DNA from: a candidate division FCPU426 bacterium
Lineage (GTDB): Bacteria; Oederibacteriota; Muellerivitia; Muellerivitales; Muellerivitaceae
Reading direction: 5' to 3'
DNA length: 64,000 nucleotides
Assembly (NCBI GenBank): GCA_963796105.1
Contig: CAWCKJ010000012.1
Location: 273,268 to 337,267, forward strand
Shown here: positions 10,935 to 20,560 of the stretch, piece after piece
Layout of the letters: every line of letters starts with the position of its first letter
Numbering within the stretch: position 1 is the stretch's first letter
Notes under the pieces: model-generated
Databases searched by the model: none
What the model was told of the DNA's origin: nothing
The model's input: the letters and a program-made list of their open reading frames with translations, nothing else
Made by a program: the position numbers and the translations under genes

Positions 10935-12671
10935 ATGCTCTATCCGCAATCCAACCGCTACCGGCAAGTCAAGGACATTTCCGGTTTCTGGGATTTCAAG
11001 CTGGACCCTTCGGATCATGGAATTAAAAATGGATGGACGAAGGGTTTTACGGGAGGAAGATGGATCGGAGTGCCGGCCAGTTGGAACGATCAATTCGAGG
11101 ATACAAGGGACTACCTTGGGACGGCCTGGTATCAAACCCGTTTTGACCGCCCACACGGCTCGGAAAATCAAAGGGTTTTCTTGAGGTTCAATTCCATCAA
11201 CTACCTGGCGGAGGTTTGGCTGAATGGAAGAAAGCTGGGTTCCCATGAGGGCGGGCATCTTCCATTTACCTTTGAGATAACCCGAGAATTGAAAACCGAA
11301 AAAAACCTATTGGTCATCCGGGTGGACGGAGAGTTAGCACCGGACCGGGTCCCTCCCGGAAATGTTCCCTTCGACCCCAAGGACTCCTTCGGCAACGCGT
11401 TCAATCCTCCTGCCTCTTTCGACTTCTTTCCCTACTGCGGTATTCAAAGATCCGTGCTTTTATACACTACCCCGGAAAAATTCATAAATGACCTGACCAT
11501 TACAACCGAAATCTCAGGATCGACTGGGCACGTGAATATCCAATTAGACGCCGAGTCACAAGCACCCATGAAAACCAAGGTCACCTTGGAAGGATTCGGA
11601 CAGGAAATTTCCTCCGAAGGACCGATGGTGAAGGGCGCCTCCCAAATCCGAATAACCGTACCCAAGGCCAAGTTTTGGTCCCCAGCCGAGCCTCACCTTT
11701 ACAATTTGAAGGTGGAACTGTTAGCAGGAAATAACGAGGTGGACGGCTATTTCCTTCCGGTTGGAATCAGGACTATCCATGTCAAAAATGGAATACTTTT
11801 ATTGAATGGCAAAACTATTTTCTTGAAGGGCTTCGGCCGGCATGAGGATTTTCCGGTAGTGGGACGATATGTTCCCCGGGCGGTCATCGTGAAGGATTTC
11901 GATATGATGCGCTGGACCGGCGCTAATTCCTTCCGCACAACCCATTATCCCTATGATGAGTCCAACCTCAGCCTGGCGGACAAGCTGGGCTTTCTGGTCA
12001 TCGACGAAACGCCCGCTGTCGGCCTCTTCTTCAATCCCAAGGGCCTTAAAAAACGCCTGAGCCTTTGCCGCCAGTACACCCGGGAATTGATCGATCGGGA
12101 TAAAAACCATCCGAGCGTCATTCTTTGGAGCCTGGCCAACGAACCCCATTCCAAAAAACCGGCGGCTTTGGGCTTTTTCAAAAGCCTGGCCTCCCTGGCC
12201 CGCGAATTGGATCCTTCCCGCCCCTTGACCTTGGCAAGTTACCTCGGCCAGGAAGAGAAAGCCTTCCAGTTCTTGGACGTGGTCTGCGTGAACCGTTATT
12301 ACGGCTGGTACACCGAACCGGGGGATTTGGAAAAAGGCTGCCGGCGCCTCTCAAAAGACCTGGACGATATTTACAAGCGGTTCAAGAAGCCTGTCCTCAT
12401 GACGGAGTTCGGGGCTGATGCCCTGCCGGGCCATCACGCGGAACCTCCCGAGATGTTCTCGGAGGAATACCAAGCCGAAATGATTCACCGCTATTTAAAG
12501 GTTTTAAACAGTAAGCCTTATGTAACAGGGGCTCATGTCTGGAACCTTTGCGATTTTAAGACCGCCCAGGGAACCCACCGGCCAGGCGCGACTAATTGGA
12601 AAGGCGTCTTTACCCGCGACCGAAAGCCAAAAATGGCGGCCCATCTGTTGAGAAAACTCTGGTCAAAATAA
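10935..12671 (+). CDS. uidA: Beta-glucuronidase (GH2)
   Basis: FDFFPYCGI, GFGRHED, NSFRTTHYPY, WSLANEP (acid/base), TEFGAD (nucleophile), NWKG motif; GAGGTG RBS. Confidence 0.93.
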   Translation: MLYPQSNRYRQVKDISGFWDFKLDPSDHGIKNGWTKGFTGGRWIGVPASWNDQFEDTRDYLGTAWYQTRFDRPHGSENQRVFLRFNSINYLAEVWLNGRKLGSHEGGHLPFTFEITRELKTEKNLLVIRVDGELAPDRVPPGNVPFDPKDSFGNAFNPPASFDFFPYCGIQRSVLLYTTPEKFINDLTITTEISGSTGHVNIQLDAESQAPMKTKVTLEGFGQEISSEGPMVKGASQIRITVPKAKFWSPAEPHLYNLKVELLAGNNEVDGYFLPVGIRTIHVKNGILLLNGKTIFLKGFGRHEDFPVVGRYVPRAVIVKDFDMMRWTGANSFRTTHYPYDESNLSLADKLGFLVIDETPAVGLFFNPKGLKKRLSLCRQYTRELIDRDKNHPSVILWSLANEPHSKKPAALGFFKSLASLARELDPSRPLTLASYLGQEEKAFQFLDVVCVNRYYGWYTEPGDLEKGCRRLSKDLDDIYKRFKKPVLMTEFGADALPGHHAEPPEMFSEEYQAEMIHRYLKVLNSKPYVTGAHVWNLCDFKTAQGTHRPGATNWKGVFTRDRKPKMAAHLLRKLWSK

Positions 12672-12829
12672 TAAACAAGCAATCTCTGAAAAAATCGGTT
12701 CTCGTCACCTTCTTCAGAAAAACATTTTTGAGAACCCCGCATTTTATTGTGGAAATCTGAGAGGTCGGTACCTAGGTGGGCCGCTTATAAATAGTTTTAC
12801 AGAGGTTTCGGGTTTTTAGAAAAATTTCC

Positions 12830-13480
12830 TTAGACGGGTTTGCGATGTTGGTCAACCCAATAACCCCAAGCCACCAGCAACCATTGGGCCATTCCGATCC
12901 AAGGAATGACCGCTAGATTGGCAGGCGGGTGGGATAAAATACTGCCCAAATACATAATCACGAGGAAGGCCACCATGGCCCAAAGGCCCGCGTTTCCGAC
13001 CTTGTCCAGGGCCTTGGTTGAAAGAAGATAAATTTCCAAGCCTACAATGAGCAGGGATATTTCAAGCGCGATGGCCCAAAATGGATAATTCCAAAGCTCC
13101 CATCCCCACCGGGGCCCGCCTTGAAGGAACACCGGCAAATCCTGCTTATGCACAAAAAGATCCAAGACCCAGTGGCTAACTACCAACCCCGCTAATATCC
13201 AGGAAAGTTTCGAGTTGTTTCGGAGGGCCAGGTAAAGCAGGCCCCAGCCCGCGGCCCATACCAAGGCCATCAACAAGCTGTGGCTCAGGGGATAATCATA
13301 AAATTCAAAGGGTGACAACTTGGTGTAGTTGGGGGTAATCCGGAAATGCTCGAGATCCAGCAAGAGGTAAAAAGGGAAAAGAAGGTCCAGCCAAACGGCC
13401 GCAGCGAATAAGGTCCCCAAGGATGTTTTGGGGGCGATTTTTTTGGCCGCAAACCCGACGGCATAATGGCCTATGAACAT
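12830..13480 (-). CDS. Membrane-bound metal-dependent hydrolase family protein
   Basis: MFIGH, SHSL, SHWVLDLFVH motifs with TM segments. Confidence 0.8.
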   Translation of the reverse strand: MFIGHYAVGFAAKKIAPKTSLGTLFAAAVWLDLLFPFYLLLDLEHFRITPNYTKLSPFEFYDYPLSHSLLMALVWAAGWGLLYLALRNNSKLSWILAGLVVSHWVLDLFVHKQDLPVFLQGGPRWGWELWNYPFWAIALEISLLIVGLEIYLLSTKALDKVGNAGLWAMVAFLVIMYLGSILSHPPANLAVIPWIGMAQWLLVAWGYWVDQHRKPV

Positions 13481-13620
13481 GTCAAACCTCCTGAAGATGA
13501 TCCTATGAAAACTTGAAGATTGCCGGTTCACTTCCGGCGTTTCACAACACTATAAACGGGCCCCGGCGTTACGAAAAGCCAAAAAACACCGCCTAGCCCC
13601 AAGCGTTCGTCCCCAAGAAG

Positions 13621-14653
13621 CTACCTCCGCGTCAGAGAAACGATCAAAGCCGCCAATCCCACCACTAGCGCCCCCGCTGGAAGCCACTTGGAACTCAAGG
13701 CTTGGTCCAAGGGGCTGGCTCCCTGGTTTGAGTTGGCTGATTCCATCTTGGAGAATCTCCTGTTTCAAAACACTCACATCCTAAACGTTATCCCTGAGGT
13801 CCTTATGAAGGATGCTTAAATCCTGCTCCAATTCCGTGTCCGTGATGTTTTTCTTCTCGGCTTTTTGGGCCACCTCATCCAAGCGGTCCTCGGTTTTCTT
13901 TAGGTTTTCCTGGACCTCGTCGATGAGTTTCTTGACCAGTTTCAATTCCTCCTGGTTGTCCGCGTTGGTTCCTTTGATTTCATCCTGGCTTTTCCGGATG
14001 TCGTCCTGGTTTTTTTGGACAAGGTCGTATTTCTTGTCAATGTCAGCCTGGTAATCATCGGTTTTTTTCTCCAGGTCCTTGATGGTTTTTTTCATCCCAT
14101 TGAACTCTTCCAGACTAGGCGCGGGAATGGGAGTGGCTGTCGCGGTGGGTTTCGGCGCTGGGGTCTTTGTTGGTTCCGCGGGGGCGGTGGAGGGTTTCGC
14201 CTCTTCGCCGGCCGAGAGGGCCGCGATCATTTTTTTAACCCGGTTTTCGAACTTCCAGGATGAGATTTTCCTGGCGCGGATGTCTTCGGTCTTTTCCTTG
14301 ATCAGCTTCAGGATCACATCCAGGTCGCTCGTTTGATATTGGGTGTTCCCCGGCTTGAGGCTTTTCAAGTCCAATTGGGATAAGGTCGCGTCGATGGCAA
14401 CCAACGCGTCGGTGATGTCATCTTCCGCGAGGCTCTTGGCGGATAGGTAGAAATCCTTTTTATCGCCCAAATACCCGGCCTGGGCTAGTTGTTTTACCTC
14501 CTGGATTTCCTCGTCAGAGGCCGAATCTGAATCATCTTGGGCCAGGGCCAATTGGATCATTCGGGGGGTGAAAACCAGTAGGAGGACGAGTAAATAGGAA
14601 ACGGTTCTTTTAAGGATAAATTTCAAGAAAGATCCTTTCGAACATAATTTCAC
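13621..14653 (-). pseudogene. Secreted coiled-coil protein with C-terminal membrane anchor, interrupted by TAG and a frameshift
   Basis: Signal peptide and coiled coil; TAG at 13781-13783 and a +1 frameshift near 13755 separate it from ...SKWLPAGALVVGLAALIVSLTRR*. Confidence 0.65.
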
Positions 14654-14656
14654 ATG

Positions 14657-14971
14657 TTATCCGGTGACTTTGGGTTTACCAGTCTGACCGGAAACCTCGG
14701 GGTTTTCATCAGATCTTGGGGCGATATGTTTTTCATAAAGATAATCTAAGTAGGACACTAATAAAAACCCCCCACCCAGGATCAGGAAAATGAATTCCAT
14801 CACACCTTGGGTCACGTCGTCCCAAATCGCCCCGCAGGTAAAGTAACTAATGACCGCAAGAACCACCAAGAAACCGAAAAACAGGAGATTCGCGCGGAAA
14901 TAAACCTGGAACGGTGTTAAGTTTTTTTCGGCCATCTTAGGCCCTTGGTTTTTTTTCACCGGTTCTTGCAT
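14657..14971 (-). CDS. Small two-TM membrane protein
   Basis: Two hydrophobic helices; GAGG RBS. Confidence 0.7.
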   Translation of the reverse strand: MQEPVKKNQGPKMAEKNLTPFQVYFRANLLFFGFLVVLAVISYFTCGAIWDDVTQGVMEFIFLILGGGFLLVSYLDYLYEKHIAPRSDENPEVSGQTGKPKVTG

Positions 14972-15006
14972 CTCTACCTCTCTCGTTTCACATATCAATT
15001 CAAATT

Positions 15007-15060
15007 GTCATTGCGAGGAATGCCCCGTGAATAGCGGGGTGTTTATGACGAAGCAACCCC
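15007..15060. repeat. REP-like element (GTCATTGCGAGG...GACGAAGCAA type)
   Basis: tgtcattgcgagg...tgacgaagcaa with inner ccccg/cgggg hairpin, intergenic. Confidence 0.55.
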
Positions 15061-15121
15061 AGTTATAAATAATTTCTTATAAAACCACTTTATCCGCAAA
15101 TAATGGATTAAAGCAATAACT

Positions 15122-15703
15122 TCAAAATTTAGCCCTGGATCCCTGCTTAATAGCCTTCGTGCCCTTCTTGCAAAGGGGGCAATCCTTTTCTTCCCAACTC
15201 TCCACAACCATGGCCACGAGCGATTTAAGGGGAACGTCAAAAGTGTTTTTTCCACCGCTTCGATCAATGAGACTGCCGACTCCTACTACATCCGCGCCCA
15301 GGGATCGGACGACTTGGATGGATTCCTTGACGGATTTCCCAGTAGTGATGACATCCTCCACGGCGAAGATCTTCTCGTCTTTTTCAATGGTAAATCCCCT
15401 GCGCAGTTCCATAGCGTCGGTTTCCTTGTTTCTTTCGGTGAAGATGGCCCTCACTTTCAAAGCCCTGGCCAGTTCCTGGCCCACCACCACCCCCCCGAGC
15501 GCCGGGGAAACTACCGCCTTGGGCCCCAATGGTTTGATCATTTCCGCCAATGCCCCGCATAGTTTTTCCGCGTACCAGGGGTACTGGAGAACCAGGGCGC
15601 ATTGAAGATACTGGTCGCTATGCCTGCCTGAGGACAATTGAAAATGGCCTTTCAGGAGGGCTCCTGAAGCTTCAAAGATTTCCATCACTTCGGTTTTATC
15701 CAT
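15122..15703 (-). CDS. pyrE: Orotate phosphoribosyltransferase
   Basis: GHFQLSSGRHS and VEDVITTGKS PRPP motif. Confidence 0.96.
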   Translation of the reverse strand: MDKTEVMEIFEASGALLKGHFQLSSGRHSDQYLQCALVLQYPWYAEKLCGALAEMIKPLGPKAVVSPALGGVVVGQELARALKVRAIFTERNKETDAMELRRGFTIEKDEKIFAVEDVITTGKSVKESIQVVRSLGADVVGVGSLIDRSGGKNTFDVPLKSLVAMVVESWEEKDCPLCKKGTKAIKQGSRAKF

Positions 15704-15797
15704 TTAAAAACCTTTCTTCTTTGGGATAAGGAAACATAGAGATGAAGAGAAATCAATCAATTCTAAACTTTGGCAAATTTGCGGGTCAAACTATGTC

Positions 15798-15893
15798 TCC
15801 CCCTCTGAAAGAGGGGGAATAAGGGGAAGTTAGTCTTTTCTTGCCTCTTTGCCAAAGGCGAATACCCCCTATCCCCCTTTTTCAAAGGGGGGA
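15798..15893. repeat. Double-hairpin REP-like repeat (CCCCCTCTGAAAGAGGGGG), copy 1
   Basis: Arms nearly identical to 34103-34193. Confidence 0.85.
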
Positions 15894-15970
15894 ATTGGTG
15901 TTTACGATGCGTCCTTCAAGATTTTCCAAAGTCAATTCAATTGACAATCATTTTAACCGAGTTTAAGCGG

Positions 15971-16789
15971 TTAAAAAAACTTCTTCATTTCCTCGACCAG
16001 CTTTTTCGCCTGTTCTCGCGCGGCGTCGGCGAAGTTGTTCTCAGCGGAAGCATAAAGGATTTGGCGGGAAACATTCACCAAAACACCGTAACCATCGGTG
16101 GTTTTACCCTCTTTCAATACTTCCTGGAGGTCTCCGCCCTGGGTGCCAACTCCAGGCACCAGGAATACCGTATCTGGCGCCAACTTGCGTAGATCCTTTA
16201 GATATTGGGCCTTGGTAGCGCCGACCACCAGCCCAACCTGCCCCTTCTTGCCCTGACCCCATTGGATCGCTGTCTTCGCCACACGCTCATAAAGCTTTTC
16301 CCCGCCCTCTAATACTTGCAACTGGAAATCTGCGGCCGAGGGATTGGAAGTCAGGCAAAGCACGAATGAACAGGTTCCAGGATAATCCAGGAAGGGATCA
16401 ATGGAGTCTTTACCCATATAGGGAGAAAGAGTCACGGCATCGGACTTCAGGAGGCCATAAAAGGCCTTAGCGTATGCCGAGGAGGTATTGCCGATATCCC
16501 CTCTTTTGGCGTCAGCGATGAAAAGAGTGTCATAGGGAATGGATTGGCGGAGCAATTCCAAGATTTCGAAACCCTTCGGACCGAGGGACTCGAAGAATGC
16601 CATATTAGGTTTATAAGCCACAGCTAAATCTCGTGTGGCTTCCACTATCAAACGGCAAAAAGTGAGGATACCCTCAGTATCCCGGGAAATATTATTCGGC
16701 ATCTTGGCCAGGTCCACATCCAGTCCCACACAAAGACAGCCGTGGGTACGGACAATGGCGGATTTCAATCTTTCTGAGAAAGAATTCAT
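15971..16789 (-). CDS. pyrF: Orotidine-5'-phosphate decarboxylase
   Basis: LCVGLD, YKPNMAFFE, DAKRGDIGNT, LVPGVGTQGG. Confidence 0.96.
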   Translation of the reverse strand: MNSFSERLKSAIVRTHGCLCVGLDVDLAKMPNNISRDTEGILTFCRLIVEATRDLAVAYKPNMAFFESLGPKGFEILELLRQSIPYDTLFIADAKRGDIGNTSSAYAKAFYGLLKSDAVTLSPYMGKDSIDPFLDYPGTCSFVLCLTSNPSAADFQLQVLEGGEKLYERVAKTAIQWGQGKKGQVGLVVGATKAQYLKDLRKLAPDTVFLVPGVGTQGGDLQEVLKEGKTTDGYGVLVNVSRQILYASAENNFADAAREQAKKLVEEMKKFF

Positions 16790-16906
16790 TCGGTCTCCAG
16801 GAACCTATAGGAACTTAGAATTCAAGAAGCTGAAACATTGTAGCGAATATCCAGAATGACCGTCACAGATATTTAATCTAAGCGACCAATATTCACTCAG
16901 AAAATA

Positions 16907-17377
16907 TCAGTGGTTGTCTTTTGGCCAACTCTTTATCTCCAGCTTTACATGGGCGAGGCCAGCTTCCCTCATGCCAATGGCCCGGCCAGCGGTTCTGGAG
17001 AGATCAATAATCCGTCCCGCGGCGTAAGGGCCTCGGTCATTGATCCGCACTTCAGTGGTCATTCCATTTTCCAGGTTGGTGACCTTCACGACCGTACCCA
17101 AGGGCAGGGTCTTGTGGGCCGCCGTATAGCCGTACATGTCGTACATCTCCCCGCTGGCTGTTAAATGACCGTTAAAATCCTCCCCATACCAGGAGGCCAT
17201 GCCATCCATTTCCTTCTTCCATGCATCGCTCCCGGTGCTAGGGCCTGATTCCACGCTAGAACCCTCATTCGGTCTGATTTGTTGGCGCAATGGCACACAA
17301 CCGGTAAATAGTAATACCACCGGGAAAAATAAGCTTAGGGTGATAAAAACTTTTCTAATCCACACGAAGGGCTCCAA
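16907..17377 (-). CDS. rlpA: Septal ring lytic transglycosylase RlpA family lipoprotein
   Basis: Lipobox FTGC; GMASWYG, TAAHKTLPLGT, RINDRGPY, RIIDLS. Confidence 0.92.
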   Translation of the reverse strand: MEPFVWIRKVFITLSLFFPVVLLFTGCVPLRQQIRPNEGSSVESGPSTGSDAWKKEMDGMASWYGEDFNGHLTASGEMYDMYGYTAAHKTLPLGTVVKVTNLENGMTTEVRINDRGPYAAGRIIDLSRTAGRAIGMREAGLAHVKLEIKSWPKDNH

Positions 17378-18302
17378 TGAGTTCCTGGATGTCCTTTACG
17401 CCATTTTCAATCATGTAATTTTTGATGCCGTCCACCACGTTGAGCGCCGCGTCGGGTTTGAGGTAGTTGGCCGTTCCCACGGCGACCGCGGTAGCCCCCG
17501 CCAAAAGATATTCCACCGCGTCCTCACCAGTCACAATGCCGCCCATTCCCACGATGGGAACCTTCACCACTTGTCGAATTTGGTAAACCACCCGAAGACC
17601 TATGGGCTTGACCGCTGGGCCAGAAAGCCCCCCTGTCACGGTTTTCAAGATGGGTTTCCTGGTCTTGGCGTCAATAGCCATGCCCACCACAGTATTGATG
17701 GCGGATAACGCGTCCGTTCCCGCGTCCACACAGGCTTTCGCGATTTCTTGAACGCTGGTCACATTGGGGGATAGTTTGGTGATAAGGATGTGCGTGGTGG
17801 CCTTTCTCACCGCCGAGACCACCCTGGCAGCCGCCTCGGGTTTCGACCCAAACTCGATCCCTCCCTCTTTGACATTGGGGCAGGAAATATTGATTTCCAA
17901 GGCGCCGATTCCCGGTTGGCCCTCAAGCTTTTTGGCCAATTCGGCGTACTCATCCACGGTGCGGCCGTTGATGTTCACCACCACCGGCACTCCCGCCTTC
18001 CTCAGGAAGGGCATTTTCTCGGATAAAAACTTTTCCACTCCGACGTTTTGCAAACCAATGGCGTTTAACATACCTGAGGGAGTTTCCGCCATGCGAACCG
18101 TGGGGTTTCCTTCCCTAGGTTCCAGGGTGGTTCCCTTCACGGTCACTGCCCCAAGCCGGTTCAGGGGATAGAATTTGGAGATTTCCTCCCCATAGCCAAA
18201 GCAGCCGGAGGCCACCATGACTGGATTGGCCATTCTTAATTTTCCGATGGTCACGGCCATTTTAGGCTGACCTGGTTTTGATTTAGGTTTAATGTTCTTC
18301 AC
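17355..18302 (-). CDS. pyrD: Dihydroorotate dehydrogenase 1B catalytic subunit
   Basis: NAIGLQN, EINISCPNV, KLSPNV, GGLSGPAVKP. Confidence 0.96.
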   Translation of the reverse strand: MKNIKPKSKPGQPKMAVTIGKLRMANPVMVASGCFGYGEEISKFYPLNRLGAVTVKGTTLEPREGNPTVRMAETPSGMLNAIGLQNVGVEKFLSEKMPFLRKAGVPVVVNINGRTVDEYAELAKKLEGQPGIGALEINISCPNVKEGGIEFGSKPEAAARVVSAVRKATTHILITKLSPNVTSVQEIAKACVDAGTDALSAINTVVGMAIDAKTRKPILKTVTGGLSGPAVKPIGLRVVYQIRQVVKVPIVGMGGIVTGEDAVEYLLAGATAVAVGTANYLKPDAALNVVDGIKNYMIENGVKDIQELIGALRVD

Positions 18303-18309
18303 CGAATTC

Positions 18310-19143
18310 TCATTTCACTATATCCCAATCGATTTTGGAGGCCTCAAAGACCGGTCCCTCGTTGCAGGTACGGATCATGCGGGACGGTCCCGAATCCTGT
18401 TTCACGGGGCAAACACAGGTCAAACAAATTCCCAAGCCGCAGCCCATATGCTCTTCCCAGGATAAATAGGCAGGTATCTTGTAATGGGCGGAAATCTTGG
18501 CCAAGGCCTTGAACATGGGCCTGGGACCGCAGGAATGAATCACCGAACCGGGCCGAATTTTCTCTGCCCGCAAAAAATTCTCCAGGAGCTGGGGGGCGAA
18601 CCCCTTCATCCCCTTGGAGCCGTCATCAGTTGCCAAATGTATGGGAACCTTGAGCTTTTGGAAAACCTCCAGATCCACCAGATCCTCGGCGGTCCTGGCC
18701 CCCAGGAAAACAACCTGGGGAATTTTATTCTTTTTCAAATATTCCGATAGGAACACGAGGGGCGCGATGCCGATACCACCCCCAACCAGGAGGGCGGGAT
18801 GACGCTTGTCCAAATTCGGGAAAGGCCGGCCAAGGGGCCCCAGGACCCCGATCATGCTTCCAGGCTTCAGGCCCGCCATGAGCTTGGTTCCCTTCCTGAT
18901 CACGGCGTAAAGGATTTCCACTCGAGGCCTGCCCTTGGGGCCTGGCAGAAGCCGCGCGATGGAAAAAGGGCGCCGAAGGAGGGGGTCAAAACCTTCCGAA
19001 AGCCGAAGGCTGACGAATTGTCCCGGCAAGGCTTTGAAAAGGGTTCCATTGTCCTGGAATACCAGGCGGTGGTAATTCCCAACTGGGTGGTTTTCCAATA
19101 CCGGGGTCCGGTAATCTTGGGGGCCCTGCCTTTGGGGACTCAT
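18310..19143 (-). CDS. pyrK: Dihydroorotate dehydrogenase electron transfer subunit
   Basis: LLRRPFSI, GGGIGIAP, CGP, MGCGLGICLTC, EGPVF; start MSPQ overlaps the rmlC stop (ATGA). Confidence 0.93.
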   Translation of the reverse strand: MSPQRQGPQDYRTPVLENHPVGNYHRLVFQDNGTLFKALPGQFVSLRLSEGFDPLLRRPFSIARLLPGPKGRPRVEILYAVIRKGTKLMAGLKPGSMIGVLGPLGRPFPNLDKRHPALLVGGGIGIAPLVFLSEYLKKNKIPQVVFLGARTAEDLVDLEVFQKLKVPIHLATDDGSKGMKGFAPQLLENFLRAEKIRPGSVIHSCGPRPMFKALAKISAHYKIPAYLSWEEHMGCGLGICLTCVCPVKQDSGPSRMIRTCNEGPVFEASKIDWDIVK

Positions 19144-19688
19144 TTCCACTTCCCCTTCATCTCCTGCCAAGAGGGCAGAAGAAGGTCCTTTTCGGACAAT
19201 CGGGGATTTTTGACTGGCCATTCGATCGCCAGATCCAGATCATTCCACTTCACACCCGCCTGATCATCGGGAACATAAATATCCGAGCATTTATAGTGGA
19301 CTACAGCCGTTTCCGATAAAACGCAAAAGCCGTGTAAAAAACCAGCGGGAATAAAAAGCTGGCGGAGATTTTCACCCGTCAAGGTGGTCCCATACCATTT
19401 CCCAAATGTGGTTGAACCAGGTCTCGCGTCAACCGCCACGTCGAATATTTCACCCGTTACTGCCCTGACCAGCTTGGCCTGGGACCGCCTTAACTGGGCA
19501 TGCAAGCCACGTAAAACGCCCTTTGTGGAATAGGACTGGTTATCCTGTACAAAGCCGCAAGTCACCCCAACCGCCTTGTAGGTATCCTGGTGGTAGGTCT
19601 CAGCCAAATAACCCCGGTCATCCCGGAAGGCCTTGGGCTCGAGGACCAGAACCCCTTCCAGGGGGGTCTTTTCAACCTTCAGGTTCAT
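19140..19688 (-). CDS. rmlC: dTDP-4-dehydrorhamnose 3,5-epimerase
   Basis: FRDDRG, FVQDNQS, GVLRGLH, GFLHGF. Confidence 0.96.
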   Translation of the reverse strand: MNLKVEKTPLEGVLVLEPKAFRDDRGYLAETYHQDTYKAVGVTCGFVQDNQSYSTKGVLRGLHAQLRRSQAKLVRAVTGEIFDVAVDARPGSTTFGKWYGTTLTGENLRQLFIPAGFLHGFCVLSETAVVHYKCSDIYVPDDQAGVKWNDLDLAIEWPVKNPRLSEKDLLLPSWQEMKGKWK

Positions 19689-20560
19689 TCGTCCTTCTCC
19701 AACATGGATTTCAAGTATTGGCCGTAAGCGCTTTTGCCCAAAGCGGCCGCCTGTTTCTTCAAATCCTCCACTCCGATGAAGCCCAATCGGAAAGCCACTT
19801 CCTCGGGACAGCAAACCATCAAGCCCTGCCGTTCCTCGAGGGCCTGGATGAACATACTGGCCTGGAGCATGGCGTCGGGAGTTCCCGTGTCCAGCCAAGC
19901 CACTCCCCGTCCCAGCTTCTCTACCCGCAGGTCCCCGGTTTTTAAATAATCTTTGTTCAAGTCGGTGATTTCCAATTCCCCGCGGGCGGATGGCTTGAGC
20001 CGTCCCGCCCGGTCCGCCGCGGACCCGTCGTAAAGGTAAAGTCCCGTCACGGCCCAGGAAGAAGGGGGCGAGGCTGGTTTTTCCAGGATGTCATGAATCT
20101 TGCCGTTGGCGTCGAACTCCAAGACGCCGTAACGCTGGGGGTCCTTCACCTGATAGGCGAAAACCGTAGCGCCCTTTTGTCCTTTTTTAGCCGCTCCCTG
20201 CAAAACCTCGGGCAAGCCGTGGCCATAAAAAACGTTGTCCCCCAAGGCCAATGCGCAGGAATCCCCTGCCAGGAAATCTTTCCCAATTAATAGGGCCTGT
20301 GAAATTCCCTTGGGTTGGGCCTGAACCGCCCAGGTGAACCGGATTCCCAGCCAGGACCCGTCACCCAAAAGGCGCTGGAAGCCCGTTTGATCCTCGGGCG
20401 TGGTAATGATCATGATTTCCTTCACCCCGGTCCAGAGAAGCGTGGTCAGCGGGTAATAGACCATAGGTTTGTCATAAAGGGGCAAAAGCTGTTTGGAAAC
20501 CCCCTTGGTGACTGGATGAAGGCGTGTTCCCGCCCCGCCGGCTAGCAGAATCCCTTTCAT
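19685..20560 (-). CDS. rmlA: Glucose-1-phosphate thymidylyltransferase
   Basis: MKGILLAGGAGTRLHP, SKQLLP, PSARGELEITD, WLDTGT. Confidence 0.97.
   Translation of the reverse strand: MKGILLAGGAGTRLHPVTKGVSKQLLPLYDKPMVYYPLTTLLWTGVKEIMIITTPEDQTGFQRLLGDGSWLGIRFTWAVQAQPKGISQALLIGKDFLAGDSCALALGDNVFYGHGLPEVLQGAAKKGQKGATVFAYQVKDPQRYGVLEFDANGKIHDILEKPASPPSSWAVTGLYLYDGSAADRAGRLKPSARGELEITDLNKDYLKTGDLRVEKLGRGVAWLDTGTPDAMLQASMFIQALEERQGLMVCCPEEVAFRLGFIGVEDLKKQAAALGKSAYGQYLKSMLEKDE

Noticed and set aside
13550..13777. Separate 75-aa gene
   Set aside because: Better explained as the disrupted tail of the upstream gene
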